Of a DNA stretch of 64,000 nt, positions 1-12,000 are shown in pieces. This stretch comes from Takakia lepidozioides (lineage: Eukaryota; Plantae; Bryophyta). The DNA is taken from the NCBI GenBank assembly GCA_030704615.1, contig CM060733.1, forward strand, positions 75,144,001-75,208,000, in the 5' to 3' direction. The number at the start of each line of letters is the position of its first letter. The first letter of the stretch is position 1. The notes under the pieces were generated by a model. The model was not told the DNA's origin, did no database searches, and was given only the letters and a program-made list of their open reading frames with translations. A program made the position numbers and the translations under genes.

Positions 1-1090
1 AATGCTTATTTAGGGTTTGTTTGTGAAGAAGCGGTGAAAAAAAAAGTTAAGCTCTATCATTGTCAAACTTGTTCAGGTTTCTTTTATTGAAGAAGAGGTG
101 GAAAAAGAAATCAGATGGTCATTATGAATGTTTGTTTAGGGTTTGTTTGTGAAGAAGAGGTGAAAAAATTGAGCTCTCATTCTCAAACTTGTTAAGGTTT
201 CTGTTATTGAAGAAGAGGTGAAAAAAATATCAGATGGTCATCATGAATGCTTATTTAGGGTTTGTTTGTGAAGAAGAGGTGAAAAAAAAAGTTGAGCTCT
301 ATCATTGTCAAACTTCTTCAGGTTTCTGTTATTGAAGAAGAGGTGAAAAAAAAACTTGAGCTCTACCATTGTCAAACTTCTTTGAGTTTCTGTTATTGAA
401 GAAGAGGTGAAAAAAAAGCAGATGGTCATCATCAATGCTTATTTAGGGTTTGTTTGTGAAGAAGAGGTGAAAAAAATTGAGCTCTATCATTGTCAATCTT
501 GTTTAGGTTTCTCTTGTTGAAAAAGAGGTGAAAAAAAAATCAGATGGTCATCATGAATAAATTAGGGATTGTTTGTGAAGAAGAGGTGGAAAAAAAACTT
601 GAGCTCTATCATTGTCAAACTTCTTTAGGTTTATGTTATTGAAGAAGAGGTGAAGAAAAACCAGATGGTCATCATGAATGCTTATTTAGGGTTTGTTTGT
701 GAAGAAGAGGTGAAAAAAATTGAGCTCTAGTCAATCTTGTTCAGGTTTTTGTTGATGAAAAAGAGGTGGAAAAAAAATCAGATGTCATCATGAATAAATT
801 AGGGTTTGTTTCTGAAGAAGAGGTGAAACAAAAACTTGAGCTCTATCATTGTCAAACTTCTTCAGGTTTTTGTTATTGAAGAAGAGGTGAAAAAAAAATC
901 ATATGGTCATCATGAATGCTTATTTAGGGTTTCTTTGTATAGAGGACGTGGAAAACAAATGAGCTGTCATTGTGAAACTTGTTGAGGTGCCTGTTATTCA
1001 AGAAGAAGTGGAAAAAAAAACAGATGGTCATCATGAAGCTCATTTACGCAATGCTTCTGTAGAGGCCGTGAAAAAATTAAATGAGCTTTC
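1..1090. repeat. Tandem satellite built from ~60-bp subunits (GAAGAAGAGGTGAAAAAAA core) in ~120/180-bp higher-order units
   Basis: AATGCTTATTTAGGGTTTGTTTGTGAAGAAGAGGTG and GAGCTCTATCATTGTCAAACTT recur throughout and degenerate toward 1090. Confidence 0.9.
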
Positions 1091-1366
1091 ATACAGACAC
1101 TTGTCCATGTTTGGCAACCCCGCGAACAAAAAACAGTTTTTTTTTTTTTTTTTTTTTTTGCCCGGGGCAATGTTGGGGGTGGGGGCAGAAGTGGTGTGCG
1201 TTGACGCACACAATTTTAGAGGCTCGTAAACCAAACCCGATGAAAAAAAAAACTACCTTTCATAACGAGACATCGCCTGCTTGTCAAGATTTAAGAACTG
1301 TGTATACATGTTCTACAAACAAGGCAGCCCTTTCCGACATTGCGAAAAATCGCAACATATGCAACA

Positions 1367-4300
1367 CTACTCGATATTGCCAATGTCTCGCTGCAAAAGT
1401 GTCCGTACCTCACCAGGACCAAGTGTCGCCTGGTGAATGATTTGGTCTCTTTTGGGATCACAATACATCCTGCGCAAAAATATGTAGTAAAGATGCTTGT
1501 AGGGAACCCATTTCCTTCTCTTTCCTAGAGCTTCCTCACGCATGCACACGAAGTCGGGACAGGTACACCCCGGAAAATTTCCCACCGTCACCTGATAGGC
1601 CCTGTCGTGCAAAACAGACCCAGATGTGACCAAAGTATAAACCCGTCCATACCCAGGTGAAGGTACTTCCATAGTTCCTGTTACCCGAGCCTGAAGTAGT
1701 CTGGCCGATTCCACCTTCGCATCGTGATCAGGCCCCGAAGCCACCCTATGCACTGTTTTGCCATTCCTTCTCGTGGGATGCGAAGTATCGTCTAGAAGAG
1801 GCACCATAGCAGCAAGGCCACCAAGAGTCGACGCCACAGATCGGTGCAGACGAAAGCTGACGTCCTCCAACTTGCCAATCTCCAGTGCTGTTAGGGAGGT
1901 TCCCACCCGCACTGGCCAAATGGTGGGTGGGGGAGGCTTAGCAATGCAGGAGTCGCGGACGGTACCATTCACACAGCAAGCCATATCGTCTGGGCAGAAC
2001 CAGAATTTGTGCGTCTTCGACTCCTTCGACATATATGGCCGAATTAAACCTGTGAACGTCGGAGCTGGAGTACCCGCTGAGCCTTTGGCTATCCTGGACT
2101 TACACTCTCATAACTAATGGCCCTCACTGCAGCGCAGCCAACTCTAGACCCTGGAGTAGTTCGCTCGATGTGCCATTCGGAGTCAGCACAAGGTGACTCC
2201 TGCACTGCCCCCCTATGGTCCTACTGGAAACCCGCCATCACAGGGGTTGCAGGTAGAGGACAAGTCTTTGTGGAAGAGGATGCACCAGCAGCCTCTTTCC
2301 TAGTGGACGCCATACTTTGTAGTAGAGAAATCTTGGGTACAGAGAAGTTGTCTCTGTCATGGCGATGTGAATCCCCATCTTATCGTGGAGGTGTATTTAG
2401 CTTGCGTTTGCAAGTCCCGAACCTTTTCTCTCCTTACAGATGGGGCTCCCTTGATTGGAGAGGCAAGCCCATTGTGCACCTGTTCGCTGCCTTTTTGCCA
2501 TCTTCGTTGGATCCCCGGACCTTCTTGCAGCCCTCAGCATCAACTCTGTTGTATCTGGTCCCTTGCCCCCACATCGCCCCCTGAGGAAGTCACGATATCT
2601 TGTTTGCTGGGTTAGAGCTCGTACCTGATCATCTGTTGTAGCAATGTACAGATCTCTTCCTCCTTTGCCAGATTGCTGCTTCTAGGCGGCGTGAACGCTT
2701 TCTGCCAAGTTGCAGGACGGCATGTCCGCAATGTCCTCAAGGGACATGTCCTGTGAAAGGAAAATGAAAGAGCGTCATTCATGCAAGCGCGGACCATTCT
2801 GGGAACAAGGAAAGAAACTGGGCACATACAAGGGATTGCATAGGTGAAAGGCAGCTTACAGTAGTCATGAAAGCCCCCCATTGCCGGTATCTGAAGTGCC
2901 AGAAGACCAACCAGTCTTCCAATTCTTTGACACCGTCCTGATCAGTAGCCCCTGACGAGAACCACCATGCTCTCATTGTCTGATACCTGGTCTCAACCTC
3001 TTCCATTGTAGTCGCATTCTTGTACATGAAGCAGAGCCTCATGTGCTCCACCTGCAGATCTCTTCTGATGCACCTCTTCGTATGTTTCTGCAGGGACTGA
3101 GTCCAGTGGAATAGACATGTGCGCTCCCTATCAGGCATGGGTACCTTTGGATCACCAGATCCAAAAACTCGGCGCACAGCATTGAAGTTAGCCTGTGCAC
3201 TATCCGCCATAAACCCGTTGAAATTTATGCCTGTATGTCCATTGGACTCCATGACTGAAGGAAACAATTCCACATTATCATCTGGGACTCTGTATCTTCA
3301 GACTGCATGTCACAGATGGCAATTGTCATTATTCTTTGGTAGTTCGGGTCGTAAACATGGCAAGACATGGTTGTCCAGCCCATCACTCGTTTGCAATGAT
3401 CGAACATCATCCAGGCTTTCTCCAGATCCCCCCTGGTTGCATACGTCTGGCCAGGCTGACGCCACTGCCCTCGCCCACCATAGACATCTTGAACAAGTAA
3501 ACCTTTGAAGATCCCTGACCCGGGAAGACGCTAGATTGGATAAAGTCATATTGACTTATTCGCTTGAGCTCCATAATGCTGTCGATGGACCCTATGTTTC
3601 CACCGTGCACTCTCAATGCATTCACCTGATTCCTAAATATTGGGGGAGCTCAACACGGAGAAGTGATCCATCACTGCATCCAGAGCGCCCCCTCAAGTCT
3701 TGAGCTGGATTCGCTTCCTTGCCCCAGAATGTGCCTCTCCAGGAAACTTTTGCTGGCAGCCAGCGCTATGGCAGATGGTTTGGCTGAAGGGGACTTTGCA
3801 AACTCCTCCGTGACAAGCCCACGCGCCAACTCCACACTATCTCTGCAATTGCCGTGAAACACAAGATGGTCGTGAGTCCCAAAATGAATGTAGGCCCGAG
3901 TCATGGTTTTGCAACGGTGAGTAACGTAGTACATGCGAGCAGGGCAATGTGCAATGCAGGAGGGGGCCACCTTGCAGAACTTACAAACAAGTGTACTGGC
4001 AGACGGTGGGGCACAACCAAGGATAAAAGGATTGTCGGAGAGCCCTTCCCACTCACTCTCATTTTTAGCACCGCTCTTCGTGAAACGCAGGCAACTTGCA
4101 TTCACACATCTCAGATACCCCACACAAACGATCCTTCTGAATGTCAAGTTTACATTGTTGTGGATATTGGACGTTTTGGTTCTGCACCATGGATGGCCGT
4201 CATGCTTTTTATCCATTCCTTGCAAGAGACCTGCGAGGCCCCCAGCACAAGTTGGTGGATTCAGCTCAAAGAGGATGTCACCGTCAAAGGAAGGTGGAAG

Positions 4301-5047
4301 GAAAGGAACCATTTTTGTTGCGAATGAATCCCACAGTATCCCTGCGATCTTGTTTTTGGATCCTGGTTTTTCTGACAATGCTTTAAGATGTGGGATGACG
4401 CTAACGATTTCCTGAACATCGATGTCCCCTTCAGGAAGACTGTTCATGGGAGCCAGTATTTCGGCGAATTCATCATCCGAGGAATCCAACAGTGTCACAA
4501 AAGTAGTGGTGTCCTCCTGCTTCACAGTCACATGCCGCTTTCCTTGAACGACAGAGGCAGCTTTCCCATGAGTCACAATGGAGCCACCGGATTGTCTCCT
4601 TTCACTTCGGAACACACGATATTTTCCAGGAAGAACTCTCCATTCCTTGTGTTTCTGTGCAACATTCGGTTTCTGGAACGACGTTCTTTGAACGTTTCCC
4701 TCCAAGTCATAGATCTCTTTCTCGACAGAAACACAACCAATGTCAAGCTTGAACCTTGCTGCTAGAACATGTTCCTCCACCACAACAAAACCGTCATCTT
4801 CAACCGTGGCACTGAAAGGGCAAGGTTCTTCAGTATACTGAAACTTGGCAAAGGCCACGTCATTAGGAGAAGCCATGTGGTGAACATACGATGGTGAGCA
4901 CCAATACAACTGTGCGACATGGACAGGTAAAAACCTTCCGGAGGCGATTGCCAAATCCCAAAAGTGTTTGCTAAGGCAAGAGGCAGTTGTACAATTGGCC
5001 CCACACATTAACCAATAACGGTCAAGGGTATTGAACCACACCGCCAA
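1367..5047 (-). pseudogene. Mutator-like (MULE) transposase, family B: GCM-like domain + DDE core + SWIM finger; frameshifted, with an intron
   Basis: HDGHPW..CVGYLRC..C..HFGTHDH (3671-5047); MFDH (D1); FMADSAQA (D2); CLFH (CxxH); NLAESVH (E, ~2700, after a GT-AG intron at ~2860-2752); SWIM-like CTCPDF..PYKH (1367-2032). Confidence 0.8.
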
Positions 5048-5506
5048 AACAGTTGGGCAGTTGCCAAATTAATGGAGAAGGGAACAAAACTGTTTATTTT
5101 GTCAGTGTCACACCACCGGGAAAAGACGGCGCTGTCTTGGATATGGCAATCCAATCGTTTTGCGGCGTTCCACAACGTGAACCCGGACAGTGCATTGAGT
5201 GCCGAACCCGGGAAATATCCGACGCCGGATGAATGCGGACATGGCGTTCCTGACGTTATGTATGTTTTCGTTTTGAAGAAGGAAAAATCCGTGTATGATA
5301 GGGCGATGGCATATCTCATGTGCGCAATATTTCATCCAAATCACTAAACATCCACATTTGAAGAAAACGGCCTTATTGATGGCATTAGGGGCGCCCAATA
5401 AACCGCAGCCAGTGATAGTGATCCATTTGGGGGGTTAGAAGGCAGACACGCACGTCATTAACCACATGCATAACTGACGGCTTTAGAGGGTTCCTTACTT
5501 TCTCTA

Positions 5507-5917
5507 TTGTTGTTAGTCAAGCTGGAGAGCTGCGGGAGTGAGAGAGAAGACATAGTAAGAAGACGTAGAAGGCAGTCCCTTTACTTCACGAGTGCGAGAG
5601 AGAGGAAAAACGCGCGAGTCAGAATGAGAAAGTTGCGCAATCTGCAAAACGCTGATGAGCAGGTTGCACAGGATACGTCCACCCAGGAATCACAACAGAT
5701 CACAGAGGAGGTCCAGCCTGAAATGGAGGGAAGAAGGGAAGGGGAGGAGACTGCCCCGGATACCATTGTGCATGACATGGACATCGACACCACCACCGTT
5801 GGTGAGAAGGAAGCGACACCAAAGGAGGCGGTGAGGACGCAGCAAGAAGAGGCATCAGGAAGTGGTGTCATGAAACCCAGGGTAATCCTTCTCCCAAACT
5901 GCATGAATCTCGCTTGA
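5507..5917 (+). CDS. Basic then acidic low-complexity ORF; possible 5' exon of the family-B ParB-like gene
   Basis: ORF track; divergent from the transposase; NLS-like RRRRR..RKLR; no recognisable domain. Confidence 0.25.
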   Translation: MLLVKLESCGSEREDIVRRRRRQSLYFTSARERKNARVRMRKLRNLQNADEQVAQDTSTQESQQITEEVQPEMEGRREGEETAPDTIVHDMDIDTTTVGEKEATPKEAVRTQQEEASGSGVMKPRVILLPNCMNLA

Positions 5918-5959
5918 CTGTCGTACCAAGAGCATAGACAGGATACGAGAGATCCCCTG

Positions 5960-7015
5960 AGAATTGGGTGCGGCACCGCACTCAGTTTTGAGGGGAGCTC
6001 TATCACTTCCATTGTGGGCCGAGGTGAATACGTTAGTCTTAGAGGCAGCAGGATCTGAAATGGAAGCCTGAGAGGGACATGGGGAAACTGAGTGCGGTGG
6101 CGCACTCATTTCAACTGGATGCTGGGCGATCCATGGGCATTAGGGAAAGAGGAAGGTGATGTTCACAGTTTAGGTCCGAGAGACAGTGGATTGGTCACCC
6201 AGAACTGAGTGCGCCACCGCACTCAATTTCTGAGCTCCATGGAATGATTGCTATTTACTGAGGTGAACGGTAGATATGAAGTATGTTTATTCCATAGTGA
6301 GATCTGTTATGAGTTCTGAGAATCACATTAAGTCTAACCTGGAAACTGAGTGCATTGGCGCACACAGTTCAAAGGTGTGATCGACAATGTTTTTGGACAG
6401 ACGTGAAGACCCCAATGAACTCAAAACAGAAGTAGGCAGACAGAATGGAGGGCTCCCAGAACTGAGTGCGCCACCGCACTCAGTTTCGGATCACCATAGA
6501 ATGGTCAGTTTGCTTATGAGAGAGGTGATACGATAGTTAGAAAGTGTGTTTCATTCAAAGTGAGATCCCTTTTGAGTTTTCAGATAGACAGAAACGATAA
6601 CCTTGAAACTGAGTGCGGTGACGCACTCAGTTCTGAGGTGAGGTCGACCATCTTCGTGGACAGAGGTAAAGACCCTGGTGTGCTCGCAAGAGAAAGCAGG
6701 CAGACAAAGTGGAGGGCTCCTAGAAATGTGTGTGCCACTGCACTCAGTTTTTTTAGCACCTGTAGATGGTTGATTTGATGATGTCTAAGATGAACTATAA
6801 GGTGAAAATGATTGTGGAAATTGGAAAGCATTCTTTTTTAGTTATGGGAAGAACATCAAAACACCCTGGAAACTGAGTGTGGTGGTGCACTCAATTTTAA
6901 CAGTGGACTCGCAGATATTTGAAGACAGTATGTAAGTCGAAGTTGATTTGGAATCTGGTTTTTCACTGAATATATATTTGTATAGTTTTGAGTGTGGTGG
7001 CGCACTCAGTTTCTA
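5960..7015. repeat. Array of ~9 interrupted palindromes AAACTGAGTGCG-N4-CGCACTCAGTTT, alternating orientation, ~260-bp higher-order period
   Basis: Copies at about 5966, 6084, 6202, 6342, 6458, 6606, 6722, 6868, 6988. Confidence 0.85.
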
Positions 7016-7457
7016 CCTCTAGAAATTGACAAGGGTTGGGGTTTCTGTTTGGGGTTGCAGGGTTAATATGGATGAAGACGTGTTTCTGCGGTAATGGGTC
7101 CTCTTCCACGGAAATAGACACCGCATCTTTCCCAAAATCATGCCACGTGTCTTGGGCTCACGCCAGGCTCTCACAGGCTCCTGGGCCCACACTCTAGCAT
7201 CCCCCCCGTTGTTGCTTTCCCGGAAGATATCCTGTCTCTCTTTGACGGGAGGTCTCCCGTGCTCGTAATGACCATTCATTTCTGCCTGTTTAAGATGACC
7301 AGTCTGACACAAAACACTATTAATAACCCAGGTGATTAACCACAATGATTAATTGGTTTTCAAGAGTGCATGATCAAACTTACCATGTAAACCACAAGAC
7401 TTTGTGTAACATTGGCAATGTTATATAAGATCTTGTGGTTTACTTGATAAGTATGGG

Positions 7458-7512
7458 GGTGCTATTTCATGAGCGGAATGAGCATGAGCGGGAAAAAAAA
7501 AAGCATGAGCGG
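7458..7512 (+). mobile_element. Orphan left terminus of the ParB-MTase Mutator-like family
   Basis: GGTGCTATTTCATGAGCGGAATGAGCATGAGCGGGA(n)GCATGAGC is near-identical to 8829-8881. Confidence 0.75.
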
Positions 7513-7583
7513 ATGGTTTTCTTCCGAAGTTTCCCTAGCTTTTTTGGAGGTCTACCACCCTCACGACATCACAGGAAGGCGAA

Positions 7584-8272
7584 ATGGTATCTACAGTGGC
7601 CACCCTGTCCATAGACCGCCCTCCTATCTCCCCCATTTCTGCAACCGGTGCCTCGCCAGGTCCAGCCACGAGCGCACAGGGAGGAGGACCTATGTCAAAT
7701 GTTGTGAGTGTGCAAGAGACAGTGCTGGCTGACGTTGTTTTGACTGGCGACATGCGCAAGCAAGCCCTACTGTCACTCACTACAAGTGCGATGAACCACA
7801 CAATGAGCTCTATTTTGCACTCGCCGAGGAATGGGGCTCCGCCAAGAATACCATTATGCAGGATGAAGCCCCTCCCGGCTGTGCGAATGACTGAGCGCCC
7901 TGGCATCAACAAGCTGAAGTTGTATTAGGCGGACAGGTATAACGATGCTCTTGCATCACTTTTTCTTTTTACCAACGATGACGGTGGACAGAGCCAAGAA
8001 ATCCAACAGGCAGATCAGGATGCATGGTCTCTACATTGGCAGGCAGCGGATGCGGCATTTGAGGAAGATATAAAGAACACGGAGTGGGAATTTCTCTCTA
8101 ACAAATGGCTGCACGTCTACGACGGGAATCACAAGTGGTACGCCTGGATGGAGGTAATATCCGAGCAGCATCCAGACGAAGCGAGCTGGCACTACCAGGT
8201 GAATGCAAATATCATGGATGTGAAGAATTCGGATTTGGGGCTCATACGACGTGCAATGAATCGTATGAATGT
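7584..8272 (+). pseudogene. ParB/Sulfiredoxin-like domain exon (family-B paralog of 13216-13720)
   Basis: RIPLCRMKPLPAVR..GINKLK*..WLHVYDGNHKWYAW..WHYQV..AMNRMN; premature TAG at 7926-7928; DGNHK at 8121-8135; GT donor at 8273 in the same phase as in family A. Confidence 0.75.
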
Positions 8273-9045
8273 GTGAGTTTCTATCCCCATTTCTGCTCAC
8301 ATGAGCATAGGTGTCATGTGAGCATAAGAGCTTAGCATTTTGGGGATCTCCATTAGAAAGGGTTGCAGGTCAAGCATAAGTAGTCGTTGTGGGTGACCGA
8401 GGCAGTGGGTGTAATTTAGCAGGTTGCAGCGATGTAGCTTCATTGACTGATTTTTGGATGTGATCCTCTTCCCTAGATTTGGAATGTGCAGTTATAGTCG
8501 GAGCCGACTATAACTGCGGGGGCTGACTTTTTCTGAACCTCCACTACATTCCAATTTATTAATTAGAAGTGCAGGGTGAGAGGGATTCAGAAGTAGTGCC
8601 AGGTGAGAGGGAGTTGTGAGAGTGGAAGGTTACTATTCCTATTCTGAGGCCTGCCTTATTACAACAGTTATGATCTGCGTCGACTATGGCAGTTTAGGTG
8701 CAGTTTGTGGAGTCAGAATTCCACAGCTTTAACTATGTCATTCATGCCCGGCTGTGTGTCTCGCCCTGGCGTCCACGTGTCCATTTTTAAACCTGCCTCC
8801 GTCCACTTTTCCGCTGGCCACTCTCCGGGCTGCTATTTCATGAGCGGCATGAGCATGAGCGGAAAAAAAAAAAGCATGAGCAGACCATTGTGAGTCCACG
8901 GAAATAGGGTCAGGAGGCACGGAAATAGGGTCAAGTGAAGTTGGAATGTGGCACCAGTGGACTTGAAATGCAACATTTTATTGCAAATTTTGTGGCAAGC
9001 CACGTCTATACAAGTGTGTTCTAACTGTCATAGCCGGAATGGGCA

Positions 9046-12000
9046 CTACTCTCCTACACCCTCCGAGGAACTTGCCCCACCTTCTTCCTCATCCCCCTCA
9101 TCCCCCTCGTCCTCCGAGCTCTGTGATGCATCAGTTCCACTATGCCTCTCAAAAATCCCGTCCTCTCCTTGGGGGACTGTCCACCTCACCTCCTGGGAAT
9201 CTTCTGCGTCTTCTCCCCCACTTTCCTCAGCAGAATCCAAGACAAATCTACGAGCCCGACGGGCTCTAATAGCTGCTGCCTCCTCCCTCATCTTCATTTT
9301 CTTGAGGCTTGCCTCGTCTAAAATCTGCTGTACATGACTACGTTCGGAACACCTCCTAATGGACACCGAAGCAAGCCGGGCAGCATAAGTAGGAAGGATG
9401 TACTCCCTTTCTGGACTAGGCATGAAATCCCCCCTGGCAAAAAAAAGCACGTTCCTCCTGCCCATGAACTCCGGTGTAGACGTCCCTCCGGCAGTACTTG
9501 GCATCCTACAGTAAGAACAAATCCACTTCAAGAATGTCAATACCAGCACAACCACAAAGGGTTTTCAATGAAATAAGAGAGCGAAGGGAGGTGCCTCACA
9601 AAATCTGGAGGCAACTTACAATGCCACCACTCACTCGTAAACCGGGGGCTCCTCGGCCTCGATCCCAACTTCCTCCCCCTGCTCCTTCTCGGATTCTTCC
9701 TCATCCTCCGAGGATGCCTCTTCCTCTTTCGGCAGACGTTCAGCCGCTGCAAGTTCGGAGTTGTGGAGGGCAGTATCTGGCTCGAAGGCGAACACATGCC
9801 TGTCGGACAACGTCCCTGCCCACATTGAAGCACCTGAGGAACAAAGCGGGCGGTTAATAGCTTGCGGCATGCAATTGCAATCGGGCCAGGGGACAAACTG
9901 AGCACGTGAAGGCTTACCCGTGCCACATGTGAAGTCCAGAATCCGCCCTTGGACATCCGAGCACGTCTCCATGAGGGTTTGGATGAAAGCAGGGCTCCGG
10001 GTCCGGCTGTACCGCCACGGTTTGCCTGTCTTTGTGCCCTTCGGCATACTAGAGTAGGGCACATAGTTGTAGAGGACATCGTAGGTTACAGGGTCCACAG
10101 CGGCATCAACAAGACGACCGTCGTTGCGGAATTTGAACGTAGACCCTCTCTTCACAAAGCAATATGCCTCAAACACCAATGTCTGCACATCCAACAAAGA
10201 AGGGATCAACTCCAGGGTCTACTTAACATACACCACAATATGAAGTGAATGCAATAGATTGATAACTTACACTTTGGCCCTCTGTTCGCAACCCCTGTGT
10301 ACTGATGCAGAACCATTTTCTGAGGAGGACCGGGGTGACACTTTTCGGTGTCCACCTTGCCACCGCATTCTCTGTGGTCTTCCCTCTCGTGGCAAGGACA
10401 ACCACACATCCACCGTCATCCAGAAGCATCCCCGCCAGCCCAAACCCGGCTTTCCAGTAGTCCTCAGTAAACCTGTTCTAGGTGGGCACACCATCCAGGC
10501 CCTCCAACAGCTCCCCATCTGGAATGTCGAGGAGAATCATGTCGCAAGCTCTCTCCACCTCAACCCCCCCCCGAGTGCTCTTGCAATTCGTGCTCACAGC
10601 CGTGAAAAATTCCATCATGGCTTCAAAACCAGGGGTGTCTTTAGGCTCTGTACCGCCAGCCCTCTTCTTGGCTTTCCCCTTCTGCTCCGCCAGAGACTTG
10701 TTGTGTGCCACCTTCTTCACCCTGGCAGCGAGAGCGTCAAGGAAGCTCTCATTGACGCATTGGATGATGGTTGGAGGTTCTAGCTTTGGCCTGTGCGTAA
10801 ACGTCACCGCCGTATACCGCCGTGTAGGCTCGCCCTCAAATGCCAACTTCTTGGCAGAGCCAGTCCCACTCCGAACTGACTTGGGAACCCGGACGACCGG
10901 TGACTGGGTAGGAGCAACAGCAGTCGCAGGACCTTGAACAAAGTCGTCGTCCGAGTCACTCTCTTGGGTCCCCTCCTCCGCCTCCTGCGATGCCCCGATG
11001 GTTTTCTTCTTTTTGGGTGTTACTGCACTCACCTGTTTCCTTGTCCTTTTCCTTTGGCCTTTACTCTTCTCATGCAATTTCTCCTGAATTCCTGCCTGAG
11101 CAAGCTCTGCCGCTTTCCTGGAATTCGCAAGCGTTTTTGCCTCTTTTGCACCCAACGGAGGCAGCGGAGCCCGGTTTCGTCGGAATTCAGCATCCAGCTT
11201 CAATTGAAACTCGGATGGGTCGAGCGAGCCGGGCGGAAGGTCCACATACCAAGGGCAATCACGCAAATGTTCCAGATGCCACTCCTTCACAATATCGTCA
11301 GTGTACATGGAGTCAGCCCCAGGGTTCCTCCATGCCAGGAAGAATAGTGGCTCGAAAGACAGATGACCTTTCTCCAAAAGGGAGAACTTGCAGTACCTGC
11401 ATTCATGAAAAACACAATGAGGTCCCTGAAATGCATATTCCGCACCATTTTCCCAGGTTGGGGCGGATGTGAGTGGGCCTAGAAATGGAAAAATGGCGCT
11501 GAATTTCGGTTTTCGGTGACTCCCACCCTAGGAAATTCGGCGCCGTTTTTCCCGGTTTGGCCCGAAGATGGCTAAGTCCCAGAACTGCAATAGGGCCTAG
11601 AACTGGAAAAATGGCGCCGAATTTCCAGTTCAGGTCCAGCCACCCTAGGGACTTAGCCCGAAAATAGCTAAGTCCCTGAACGGCAATAGGGCCTAGAACT
11701 GGAAAATGGCGCCGAATTTCCACTTCAGGGCCAGCCACCCTAGGGACTTAGCCCAAAAATGACTAAGTCCCTGAACGGCAATAGGGCCTGGAACTGGAAA
11801 ATGGCGCCGAATTTCCAGTTCAGGGCCAGCCAGTCTAGGGACTTAGCCATTTTCGGAGCCCTGACTGGAAATTCCGCGCCATTTTCCCTAACACCACATG
11901 AGGCCTCTAACATCTTGAAATGCAAGGACTTGAAAGAAAGACAACGCGTATGTACCTGTACAGAAGGCGCATTGCTGCTTTGTCCGCGTTCGGCTGGTCG

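Noticed and set aside
1-930. Telomere array
   Set aside because: TTTAGGG occurs singly per unit, never in tandem
5960-7015. CRISPR or REP-like array
   Set aside because: Spacers are ~90-115 bp and alternately homologous, and repeats alternate in orientation; this is a tandem higher-order repeat
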